From Oopsacas minuta (taxonomy: Eukaryota > Animalia > Porifera), in assembly GCA_024704765.1 (NCBI GenBank), contig JAKMXF010000297.1, forward strand, positions 1 to 64,000: a stretch of DNA of 64,000 nt, in the 5' to 3' direction. Position 1 is the stretch's first letter. Each line of letters opens with the position of its first letter. Positions 50,057 through 59,364 of this stretch are shown piece by piece. The notes below the pieces were generated by a model. That model had not been told where the DNA came from, ran no database searches, and was given only the letters and a program-made list of their open reading frames with translations. Made by a program: the position numbers and the translations under genes.

Positions 50057-52396
50057 TTAATTGAAAGCAGTTTGTAGTCTAGCTTCTTGATCCTGCTTCT
50101 TGGAATCCAGTTTCCTGGAGAGCTCATCCAGTTTCCGCTGCAGAGACCCACTACTCTCATCTATAAATAGAAGTGAATCCATGTGCGCATTCAATATGCC
50201 TGTGATTTGACTAATAGGATTACTACGGTCTGAGTTAGCAGAGTTTATCGTGTTTATTCTTTCTAATACTTCTCTCAGATTCTGCATCATGTCCTTCATG
50301 CTAGAGTCTATCTTCTCTGCCATGCTGTAGGTCTTGTTCCTCTCCTGGTCTGCGTGCTGTGTAGATGTGTGTATAGACTGTGTACCGAGGTAGGTCTCAA
50401 GGGGAGTAAGCATCTCTTCTAATTCTGACTGCTGATTCAAGATAGAGTTCAGATCATGATCCAGTCTATCCTGATCCGTCTTAGCTCTCTCCACCTCATT
50501 ATGTAGTGATATAATACTATCCTCGTTCTCAAGGAGAGCTAAATCCCACGCATTGACTTGTTTAGCTTGAGTCATAAATACCTTTTGTTGATCATCAAGC
50601 TCCATAACCCAGTTATTAATGAGATCTTCTAACTGACGGTAAGTGTACTTCTTAGCTGGGGTTTGTGTCTGTCCGCTGATACCTGAGGTGCTTGGGGCAG
50701 TTAGAGACACGACTGGAACAGAACTTGTAGTAACAGTAGCAGTACTAACTATGCCTGTAGGGAGTACGGTCTGAGGTTTGGATAAACCTATATTAAGTAG
50801 AGATGACTGAGTTGTAGAGGTTGGTATAGCTGTCAGCTGTTTGTTAGAAGTTTGTTGAGGGAGACTAGTAGCGGGAGCAGTCAGGGCAGTGCTGGGAGAG
50901 GAAGGTAGCTGGAACATAGCAGGACGAGCTGTCTGAGACTGAGTTTGAGTGGAGGAGGGTAGGAGAGTCTGTCCTGACGTCTTTTGAGAGGATGGAACCA
51001 AGTTCTGGTTCTGGGGAGTTGTCTGTAAGTGTGACATATGTAAGGTTTGTGGTGATGGAGATTGCAGTGTACTCAATCCTTGTGGTTTCTGAGGCGTAAT
51101 CTGAGGCTGAGATGACATCATTTGTGACTGGATTTGGGGATTCTGATGAGAAGTGAGTTGTTGAGTTGATGTTCCTAGCCCAAGCAAACCCGTACCTTGT
51201 GCCTGCGTCCCTGTACCAAGAATTGACACCTGTTGTTGTGTTCCTAGTCCATGGGACATACCCGTACCCTGTTGTTGTGTCCCTAGTCCATGGGGCATGC
51301 CCGCTCCCTGTGACTGTGTCCCTGTACCAAGAATTGAACCCTGTTGTTGTGTCCCTAGTCCAAGGGGCATGCCCGCTCCCTGTGGCTGTGTTCCTGTACC
51401 AAGAATTGAACCCGAACTTTGTGGTTTTGCAGGTGTACCAAGAAATGCGCCGGAACTTTGTGGCTGAGTACCAAGCCCTGGTTTTGAGCCGGTACCTTGA
51501 AATTGCATGCCGGTATTAAACATCCCGGTTGCTTGAGTTGGAGCACCGGTATTAAACATTCCGGTTCCTTGTGGTGTAGTACCGGTATTTAGCAATCCGG
51601 TTCCTTGTGGTATAGTACCGGTATTTAACAATCCGGTTCCTTGTGCTGTAGCGCCGGTATTAAACAATCCAGTACCTTTCGGTGTAGTGCCGGTATTAAA
51701 CAATCCGGTTCCTTGTGGTGTAGTGCCGGTATTAAACAATCCGGTTCCTTGTGGTGTAGTGCCGGTATTAAACAATCCGGTTCCTCGAGGTGGAGTATCG
51801 GTACCCGATTGTGAAGTAATTCCAGCTGGTAGTTGAGACTGATTTCCTCCTGTTTGTAATGGATTTTGTGGCTGTTGCATGTTGAAGAGGGAGGGCTGAA
51901 GAGGATTGGAACCACTCGTTGGTTGCTGAAACAATTTCGTTGCAGTAGTAGGCTTCTGAGTATTGGCCGCAGGATTTTGAGCAGTGAACGAATAATTGGT
52001 TTGCGAATTAAACATATTCCCTGGGTTTGGTTGTGCAAACATATTGGGTGGGACAGACTGTCCTATACCCATGCCGCCAGAAGCAGTAGGAAAACCTCCT
52101 CCCATGCTCATTCCCGGATTGCTAGTAGGTTTGGAAGCAAACCCAAATATACCCGAGGTGGTTGGTTGCTGAGTCTGTCCGAGAGAAGATTGCATTCCTG
52201 TACCGAACTGAGTAGATCCCCCGATACTTGGATTGGACTGACCCATAGGAGCTGGTGTCTGACCTGGAACTGTACCAAATGTTGGCTGACCAGTTCTTAG
52301 ACCAGGAAATCCAGTGCCAACTCCGCTAAAATTAAATTGTTTCTTATCCTGGCTTGGAGTACCAGCACCAGTGAAATTATAAGCCATTCTATCCAA
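50057..52396 (-). CDS. NUP62: Nucleoporin p62 (Nsp1), single exon
   Basis: Low-complexity G/T/Q/S N-terminus and the Nsp1_C coiled coil TYRQLEDLINNW..EL.DQQKVF..QAKQVNAWD...ILNAHMDSL. Confidence 0.92.
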   Translation of the reverse strand: MDRMAYNFTGAGTPSQDKKQFNFSGVGTGFPGLRTGQPTFGTVPGQTPAPMGQSNPSIGGSTQFGTGMQSSLGQTQQPTTSGIFGFASKPTSNPGMSMGGGFPTASGGMGIGQSVPPNMFAQPNPGNMFNSQTNYSFTAQNPAANTQKPTTATKLFQQPTSGSNPLQPSLFNMQQPQNPLQTGGNQSQLPAGITSQSGTDTPPRGTGLFNTGTTPQGTGLFNTGTTPQGTGLFNTGTTPKGTGLFNTGATAQGTGLLNTGTIPQGTGLLNTGTTPQGTGMFNTGAPTQATGMFNTGMQFQGTGSKPGLGTQPQSSGAFLGTPAKPQSSGSILGTGTQPQGAGMPLGLGTQQQGSILGTGTQSQGAGMPHGLGTQQQGTGMSHGLGTQQQVSILGTGTQAQGTGLLGLGTSTQQLTSHQNPQIQSQMMSSQPQITPQKPQGLSTLQSPSPQTLHMSHLQTTPQNQNLVPSSQKTSGQTLLPSSTQTQSQTARPAMFQLPSSPSTALTAPATSLPQQTSNKQLTAIPTSTTQSSLLNIGLSKPQTVLPTGIVSTATVTTSSVPVVSLTAPSTSGISGQTQTPAKKYTYRQLEDLINNWVMELDDQQKVFMTQAKQVNAWDLALLENEDSIISLHNEVERAKTDQDRLDHDLNSILNQQSELEEMLTPLETYLGTQSIHTSTQHADQERNKTYSMAEKIDSSMKDMMQNLREVLERINTINSANSDRSNPISQITGILNAHMDSLLFIDESSGSLQRKLDELSRKLDSKKQDQEARLQTAFN
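51170..51784 (-). repeat. Coding tandem repeats in NUP62: 8 x 36-bp (GTGLFNTGTTPQ) plus degenerate LGTGTQxQGAGMPxGLGTQQQ units
   Basis: Near-identical 36-bp units CCGGTATTAAACAATCCGGTTCCTTGTGGTGTAGTG at about 51497-51784, and longer units at about 51170-51415. Confidence 0.9.
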
Positions 52397-52582
52397 TCTA
52401 GTTTAATACTTTTAGATACTCAGAATTATGTTTATTAAGTTTTTAGAAAAATAAACTGTATTATGCGATTCAATGGTAATTTCAATAATATCGGCAACCG
52501 TTTCAGCGGAAATATGTCAGAAACAGGCGCTATTGATTAAAACAGGAGTTAGCAGTAATCTTATAAAATAATATCTGAGATT
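52397..52582. promoter_or_regulatory. Putative bidirectional promoter for NUP62 and REC114
   Basis: Divergent ATGs only 186 nt apart, with a small CpG-containing core at about 52490-52530. Confidence 0.55.
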
Positions 52583-53389
52583 ATGGAGATAGAAAATATA
52601 CTTTACAAAATGCTCGCAAATCGTATGTGGGATATATCCAAGTACGCTAGATATGTTGAGGGAGAAAGCAAGGAACTTAATGGTGCAAGCAAGGGAGAGT
52701 GGAAAAGCTATGAAGGAATGGAGAAATCAATAAAATTAGCAGTTCTACCAGATCATTTGATGCTGTCTGGGAGTTCAAATGTTCTCGAGAGCTTCTCATT
52801 AATAGAAGCACATACTCATGTTAGAGGGGTCCGTAAGGGTGATAGCTTGCTAATCGTGTACAAGATGGGAGAAGGTAGCAGAAGATTTCGTGTAAGATTC
52901 CAGAGTTCACCTGGAAATAGTGGTCTACGGGGTTGTTCAGAGTGTCACACAGTTCTAATGGCATATTTTCCTTTCAAGAATTTAGATGAGAACAGTGAGT
53001 CTAGCACTCAACCCATTCTATCTCAATCATTCAGTTCTCAGGTGGATAGACTTGTTGACACTGAGTTTAATTCGTCTCAAATTATTCAGATTAAACAACA
53101 ACCAAATTTCCCCCCAGCTGCTATTCCTCCTAGTCTCCCTACCTCCTCTACTGCTACACATATTGAAGGGTCACACCCTATTAGCGACCTAGCAGAAGCT
53201 CTAATGAATCCTGACGCGCCGCTACCAGGATGTTTCTCAGGCACTAACTACCCTACTGAACACATCAGATTCTTCATACAGGTGTGTCTGACAGATCCTA
53301 GTTTCCCAGGATTTGTGAAAGCAGTGGAACAAGAGATGGAACAACTATTTGGACAAAAGGTCGATCCCGAAACGAATCCCACAAAATAG
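52583..53389 (+). CDS. REC114: Meiotic recombination protein REC114-like, single exon
   Basis: W.ISKYAR, W..YE, LESFSL, VRKGDSLL...SRRFRVRF...CSEC (PH-like N-terminal domain), and C-terminal ISDLAEAL...FIQVCLTDPSFPGFVKAVEQEM (cf. LCLMDQNFPAFVEEVEKEL). Confidence 0.82.
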   Translation: MEIENILYKMLANRMWDISKYARYVEGESKELNGASKGEWKSYEGMEKSIKLAVLPDHLMLSGSSNVLESFSLIEAHTHVRGVRKGDSLLIVYKMGEGSRRFRVRFQSSPGNSGLRGCSECHTVLMAYFPFKNLDENSESSTQPILSQSFSSQVDRLVDTEFNSSQIIQIKQQPNFPPAAIPPSLPTSSTATHIEGSHPISDLAEALMNPDAPLPGCFSGTNYPTEHIRFFIQVCLTDPSFPGFVKAVEQEMEQLFGQKVDPETNPTK

Positions 53390-53618
53390 CTCAGCAGATA
53401 TTTGGTAAAGAGATGCAGGAAATGTAATAGAAATACGTTACAGCATTTATTATATAAGCGATTATAGAAAACTTAATTATAAATATAAGCAGCTTTGCTG
53501 CATGCAACAATATTTCACGAGACTAAGTTTCATGCAACATTGTTGTACTGTGTACGCAGCTTTATTGCATTGCACTGTGTATACTTGTATGGTGGATTAA
53601 CATAATATAGTACATACG

Positions 53619-53856
53619 TACAGTATTTCCCAGAATAAGCGCTGGATCTTATTCTTTTCGTTGGCATGTTTCGTATAAATTTTTACAATTTTTAAAATAC
53701 TAAAGATTTGGGGAAACTAATTATCCTAATTTGTTGCATAGTCAAATGAAGCCTAGATTCACCAAAATAGTTATTCTAGAGTGTGGGGATAAATATTTAT
53801 TCACAAGTCTTGGAGACTTTTTCTAGCTCCCGGTGTTTATCCAGGAAAATACGGCA
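53619..53856. mobile_element. Tc1/mariner-pogo-like MITE (TACCGTA-type ends)
   Basis: Left TACAGTATTTCCCAGAATAAGCGCTGG. The right end reverse-complements to TGCCGTATTTTCCTGGATAAACACCGG. Confidence 0.55.
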
Positions 53857-54365
53857 TTTCTAGAAATAATAACCGGGTACATAACAAATAATCACATACA
53901 TAGTGATTAAAGATAACAAGGATCAAAACTGTGGAATTGAAGGATAATTATGCCAGTATGTATTCCCTCGGCAGTGAATTAGCTGGGTCCACCTTTGACT
54001 CGATTCGGTGAGAAGAACAAAACATGTTTGACTAATCGCACTGACGGCATAGATACAATTATTCTTGTAAACAAGATAAAAGCCATTTAATTCTGCTGCG
54101 CATGTGTGAATATAATATTAACCTGTTTACATGATGAGGGATGATATATTAAGATGTGTTAGCGATATTACCCAAGTCGCGTAGCTATGTAATTATCTAA
54201 GATTGAAAATATTTGCAAAAGAGAAAGTTGGGTAACACAACAGTCATCTTTTGATAGTAGTAATCCTAAATGACGATAGCAATAAATGATGAGACTATAA
54301 ATTAGGAATTTGAAGCAAGTTTTATAATCGTCAGAACTTATTGTTGCCCTCTAAATCCGTGAAAC

Positions 54366-55328
54366 ATGGATAAGAAAAGAATTATCTACATCACTATCCA
54401 GATTGTATTGCTTGTTCTCCTCTGCATCACTTATGCTGTATCAATTACATTCGATTACCTTGGACCGAGTTTGATAGCAATTATACTGCAGAAACCGAAT
54501 GCTAGCCTTCTCGATAGACCCCCTTCTATCTCTTCCAAATATTACGTAGAGGCTAATGCTATGGAATGGGGACATGCAGTTATGTGGCGACTAGCGTATT
54601 CATTGATGGGAATATCAATAATTATAATCTGTGTATCAGGCTGTCTGCCCCTGAAGTTCAATATGCTATTCAGGCAGCCTACACTTATTTCAGTCTGGTT
54701 CCTCTTACTATTCAACGTAAATTATATCGCTAATATTATCTGGGTAATCTTTACAAATTACGAAATAGTGTGGCTCATGGTTGTGTTCGCAGTACTCTTG
54801 ACGTGTTCTTTATATGGAGCCTTGGCTTTTGCTTACAAAGATTTATACGACGATATTGCTACATTAGAAACTTCAAACAAGATTCTCCTATGGACTACGA
54901 GGATATTTGTCCACAATATAATCGCTATCTACGCTACTTGGCTCTCTATAATTTGGCCACTAAATCTTTCCCTTTCCCTCTCGTATTATAATAGTTTCGG
55001 CTCTTCAACAGCATTACTAAGCGGAGGACTTACAATTAGTGAATCTAGTACACTGGGACTTGCAATTATACTGATGGAACTACTGATTTGGTTCACGATC
55101 GAGAACTTCTTAATAGAACCTTATTGCCGCTATACACTCACTGTATATCCTGTTGTTATATTCGCTATGAGTGCTATTATAGCCAACGTTATCAACACAG
55201 GAGGTATCAACCTAGTGTTAGCATCTCTCTTGCTAGCAGTATCAGTAATCCTGTTTGGTATAAGGATATTACTAGTAATCCTCAACAGCTGGAAATCCTA
55301 TAGACATGGGAGTGAAGTACCCAAATAA
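54366..55328 (+). CDS. Uncharacterised multi-pass (about 8 TM) membrane protein, single exon
   Basis: 320-aa ORF with about 8 hydrophobic segments and motifs SSKYYVE...W...MWRLAY and VHNIIAIYATWLSI. Family not assigned. Confidence 0.7.
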   Translation: MDKKRIIYITIQIVLLVLLCITYAVSITFDYLGPSLIAIILQKPNASLLDRPPSISSKYYVEANAMEWGHAVMWRLAYSLMGISIIIICVSGCLPLKFNMLFRQPTLISVWFLLLFNVNYIANIIWVIFTNYEIVWLMVVFAVLLTCSLYGALAFAYKDLYDDIATLETSNKILLWTTRIFVHNIIAIYATWLSIIWPLNLSLSLSYYNSFGSSTALLSGGLTISESSTLGLAIILMELLIWFTIENFLIEPYCRYTLTVYPVVIFAMSAIIANVINTGGINLVLASLLLAVSVILFGIRILLVILNSWKSYRHGSEVPK

Positions 55329-55646
55329 AAGACCCAAAAAAGAGAAATATTACACATGCATTTCTTATATCTCCTATCATATATTTTATATTATTATTAT
55401 TCCCAATAATTAATTGAAATAGTCGGAAATGAAAAACGGAAAATTTTCAATATAGTCTATACTAATGCTACCAGAGAGTTTGTAGGTGAATGTTGCATCA
55501 ATTAGAACATGTCTACAATTTTTGTGTGATACCAATCAGATAATCGACAATAGCACTAAATATGCTAACAACAGTAAAGAATTGTCCTAATATTATTGCT
55601 CTGTGATCGGGTTGTCCAATAATTATATATTATTTCTATTTAATAC

Positions 55647-57158
55647 TCACTTCCTCTCTCTAGCCAGAGCTTGAATATTCGTTTTTATAGGTTGTAACAC
55701 TGGAATTACAGGACTAGCATCCTCAGGAATCACACACACTGTTTCTTCCATTCTAGACTCATCCTGATGAGAAGGAAAGCTAGGAGGAGGGATAGCAGTA
55801 TAGTGCTTAACTGTAGGGGTTGGTAGTCTCACCGGGGTCTCTTTAACAGGACGATAGTGTTTAGCTTCACTCGATAACTCTTCTAACTTGAGTTTAAGAA
55901 CAGTGCACTCTCTCTCACAAACTTCAGCTCTCTTCTCAGCCTGATGTAGCCCAGTCCTCTGGTCAGCATTGTCCTGTCTCAGAGCACACTCCAGTTTCCT
56001 ACTCTCATCCAGTTTGTATAACAAATCTTTAGAATGAGATTCCCAATAGCTAATCTGTCTGTTGAAGAATCGTATGTACTCTCTATCTTGTGGATTCTTA
56101 TTGTCATACGATTGTTGATATTGTCTAAACTCTTTAGCTAGGTTATGGGTATTACTCAGTTGTCGTTCTAGAGTAGCACAATTCATACGGGAGAGAGATA
56201 GATCATTGCTGGTACGGTCTAGGTCGTGTTTAAGTCGAGTTATATAAGCACCGTCAGCTTTAAGACTATTCCTCTGACATAGAAGGAGGGTATATTCCGA
56301 TTTGAGTCTTCTAGCAATAACTTGACTGTTTTTATAGAGCCCTTCTAGAGATTTGTAACTCCCTCTCAAAGCTAATAATTCTAATTCTACCTTTTTGCGA
56401 TGATCATCAACCTCAGCGAATAGAGAGTTTCCTTTCTTTTTGAAGTTCATCATTTGAAGTTCCATCTTTACTCCAGTAAGTTCTGCATACATTCCATCTT
56501 TACTAGCTTGTGCCTGAATTAACATTTGTTGTACAACCTCTTTGCTATCTATCAGCTGACTCTGTTCTGACTCTAACAGCTGGAGCTTCTCTTCGAGTAT
56601 TTCTCTTTCTAGAAATGCTTGCTCCAGACGACTGCTCTGCTCGTGATTGCTCCCTTCTAACTGCATACACTTATCCCTCACTTTGCTGAGCTCCTCCAAA
56701 GCCTGCCTCAGCTCTCCCCCGCTCCAACGCTCCCCTTCACTTAACTCTCTATTTTCCTGTTGCAAATCTTCTATTTGTCTCAATTGCAACGCTAACTTCT
56801 CTCTAGTTTGTGTCAGTTCTAGATTAACGTATCTATTCTCCTCTCTCAATTCATTCTCGCTATATCTCAGCCCTTCAATCCTTTTCTCATACTCAGACTC
56901 AGTACGACGTACATAAGCATTATGTTCACGATCAGCTAGGCTTTTGCTACGAGATAATTCATCCTCTAAGCTACGTTTCATTACTGCTTGTTCATTCACT
57001 GTAGTTTGAAGTATGTGTTTCTCTTGCTCGAACATTTCCCGTTCTGATATCAGCTGTTGTTCTCTCATCTCCCATACTTTCTGCTCTCCCTCATGCTCTT
57101 CCTGCAGAGTACGACAATGTTGTTCCAAATGTTCTATTTGTTTTTGTTCTAAATTCAT
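55647..57158 (-). CDS. SPDL1: Spindly-like coiled-coil dynein adaptor (ends possibly incomplete)
   Basis: Long coiled coil containing the Spindly motif KGNSLFAEVDDHR. Confidence 0.75.
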   Translation of the reverse strand: MNLEQKQIEHLEQHCRTLQEEHEGEQKVWEMREQQLISEREMFEQEKHILQTTVNEQAVMKRSLEDELSRSKSLADREHNAYVRRTESEYEKRIEGLRYSENELREENRYVNLELTQTREKLALQLRQIEDLQQENRELSEGERWSGGELRQALEELSKVRDKCMQLEGSNHEQSSRLEQAFLEREILEEKLQLLESEQSQLIDSKEVVQQMLIQAQASKDGMYAELTGVKMELQMMNFKKKGNSLFAEVDDHRKKVELELLALRGSYKSLEGLYKNSQVIARRLKSEYTLLLCQRNSLKADGAYITRLKHDLDRTSNDLSLSRMNCATLERQLSNTHNLAKEFRQYQQSYDNKNPQDREYIRFFNRQISYWESHSKDLLYKLDESRKLECALRQDNADQRTGLHQAEKRAEVCERECTVLKLKLEELSSEAKHYRPVKETPVRLPTPTVKHYTAIPPPSFPSHQDESRMEETVCVIPEDASPVIPVLQPIKTNIQALARERK

Positions 57159-57522
57159 ACTGGCTAGATAATTATAATCAGCTGTAGTTACTAAATTTAG
57201 AATTGAATCATGCCAAACTATTTTATACTATAGTGCATTTTCCGCGGGCGTATAAATACAAGTAAATGGTATCACATGCATCATTGTACCGCGGGTGTTT
57301 GTAGCAAGTAAGCATGAAGAGAGAGTCAGTAGATCTCCTCCACCAAAGTACTTGCACACAGGACCAATGTTGGAGCTGAAATTATGTACTAAATCTGATC
57401 AACACTTATGGCAATACAATATATCAGCTTTGTCCAATAAAGTAATGATCAGGCAATCATGTTACACACATTTATATAGAAAATAGTCTTCCTGTAATTA
57501 AAATAATAGTTTAACATTAAGA

Positions 57523-58242
57523 TTAACGAGAAAACAACCTTTTCAACCTTTTACAAGCTGATGAACAATCTCCACAACATTTCCCATTCTTCCTTAATTT
57601 CCCAGTCTGTATGCTTCTATAACAGTAGACTGCAGATCTTGTAATAAATATAATCTCAATGAAAAGTAGTAAAATTGATGTGAGCCATAAACTGGTAGGA
57701 GCCTGTCTGATTAGATCTTTATAAGCTACCCCCGTTATGACGTCACATGCCATGCCAACAATAATCAATGAGTTACAAGTGTGTTGAAATCCAATAGTCA
57801 GTAATATGCTTGCAGACATGCTTGATGCCAAGAGCAACATACCTAGGATAAGGTGCATAGTTTCCAAGCATTTCCATGCACGGTTACAACAACATTTGCA
57901 CGTTATGAACAATGCGTGTACCAACAACCCCAATACAACGAATGCAGTTATACTAATGGCGGAATAGCAGTATGCGGGAGATTGTGACGTAAGAGTTCTG
58001 TTATTATAATCTATGAATAAAGTACATGTTAGGTTGTAGTTAGTAACCAGTCTGGTTAATTGGAATGATATAATCTGAGCTATGAGAGATACTGTAGAGA
58101 GGAGAGTAGCTAGAGTTATGAAACTTAAGATAACTAAATCACCAAAACGAGTACGACTGAGACGTATACGATACTTCTTCTTTTCATGAGATAGGATCAT
58201 ACGTTCGTAATCTCCTGCAATAGATGGGGTCTGGGTATCCAT
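57523..58242 (-). CDS. TMEM179: TMEM179-like four-TM protein
   Basis: Four hydrophobic helices with CTLF...PAYC in loop 1 and ASILLTIGFQHTCNSL...C in loop 2, as in TMEM179. Confidence 0.65.
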   Translation of the reverse strand: MDTQTPSIAGDYERMILSHEKKKYRIRLSRTRFGDLVILSFITLATLLSTVSLIAQIISFQLTRLVTNYNLTCTLFIDYNNRTLTSQSPAYCYSAISITAFVVLGLLVHALFITCKCCCNRAWKCLETMHLILGMLLLASSMSASILLTIGFQHTCNSLIIVGMACDVITGVAYKDLIRQAPTSLWLTSILLLFIEIIFITRSAVYCYRSIQTGKLRKNGKCCGDCSSACKRLKRLFSR

Positions 58243-58436
58243 TCAGATCGGATCTACTTACAGGTATAGCTTGATAAATATCAGTGAGTCTGATGAGATG
58301 ATTAACAATTAATTTATAATCAAACAGACAGAAAGCATATATTCATAACTACAGAAAGAATATACAAATCACAAAACTCAAATCTCTCTCATATCCATAA
58401 AAATATTTTCAATAATGAGAGGTATAAAGGGAACAC

Positions 58437-59090
58437 CTAGCAACAAGATTTCTTCTCTGGGGCTGTTCGCGTGGAATCTAGACGGATACTTCTGCTAGTA
58501 GGAACATCAGACTGAGATCTACTTGAGCTAGGTATAAATTCAGAAATGAGGATTGTCTGAATCAGAGCGAAAACATTCTCAACATTTTCTCCTGTTTTAG
58601 CACTGGTAGTGAAGAAGGCAGGAGAAGGGGATTTTGTCTTGTTACTATTCGCTTTGTTCAAATTCAAATTCACAGCTAAATCACGTGCATCACTCGTTGG
58701 TACTGCAGGATCACTTCCAGTCAGCAGATCTGATTTCATACCCACGACAACACAGAGACAGTCTGGATGAGCATCTTCTAGAAATTTAGCAAATGTACTT
58801 GATAACTTATCAAACGATTCCCTGTTAGTTACGTCATATGCCAAAATAGCTGCATGCGCGCCTCGTGTGTAAAAGTTTGAAATAGCGGCAAACCTTTCCT
58901 CCCCAGCAGTGTCCCAGATAGCTACATGATAAGTGGACCATTTCTTCATAACCAGAGATGCTCCTAATGTGGACTGAGTGGTGACGAATGAACCACTCAG
59001 GTACCTCTGAATGAAAGAAGTCTTCCCTACTGAGTGATCTCCCAGGATTATAACCTTCAAATCAGCTTGTGTACGACCACCAGATGCCAT
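58437..59090 (-). CDS. RAB20: Rab small GTPase, RAB20-like
   Basis: KVIILGDHSVGKTS, STLGA...KKW..Y.VAIWDTAGEERF, DCLCVVVGMKSD, TSAKTG and terminal CC. The short KKW-Y switch region resembles RAB20. Confidence 0.65.
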   Translation of the reverse strand: MASGGRTQADLKVIILGDHSVGKTSFIQRYLSGSFVTTQSTLGASLVMKKWSTYHVAIWDTAGEERFAAISNFYTRGAHAAILAYDVTNRESFDKLSSTFAKFLEDAHPDCLCVVVGMKSDLLTGSDPAVPTSDARDLAVNLNLNKANSNKTKSPSPAFFTTSAKTGENVENVFALIQTILISEFIPSSSRSQSDVPTSRSIRLDSTRTAPEKKSCC

Positions 59091-59364
59091 TTAAATTGAA
59101 ATATGCTACAACAAATGTTCATAAATGAGATTGAATGGGGAAATGAGATAAAATGTCATTTGCCATTATTTTAATCAGTCACTTGTAACAATAGTTGTAT
59201 TTATTGTATATCTGACAAATGACTACTTAATAATCCTGAGAATGACGGCACCCAATTGTAAATATCCCAACTATCTCCTTTAGACAAGACAAACATAAAT
59301 ATACAGAAATGTTCTAAAAACCTATGATATTATAAACATCAAAGTAAAAATTATTTTTACGGGT

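Noticed and set aside
51166-52300. Overlapping ORFs with repeated peptides inside NUP62 (e.g. HHKEPDCLIPAL repeats)
   Set aside because: They are alternative-frame readouts of the NUP62 tandem repeat, not separate genes. The repeat is not a CRISPR array because it has no unique spacers.
58250-58310. GTAAGT donor just upstream of the TMEM179 ATG, suggesting TMEM179 is nested in a same-strand Spindly intron
   Set aside because: The upstream segment has no ATG or Spindly-like coding, and a lone hexamer is expected by chance.
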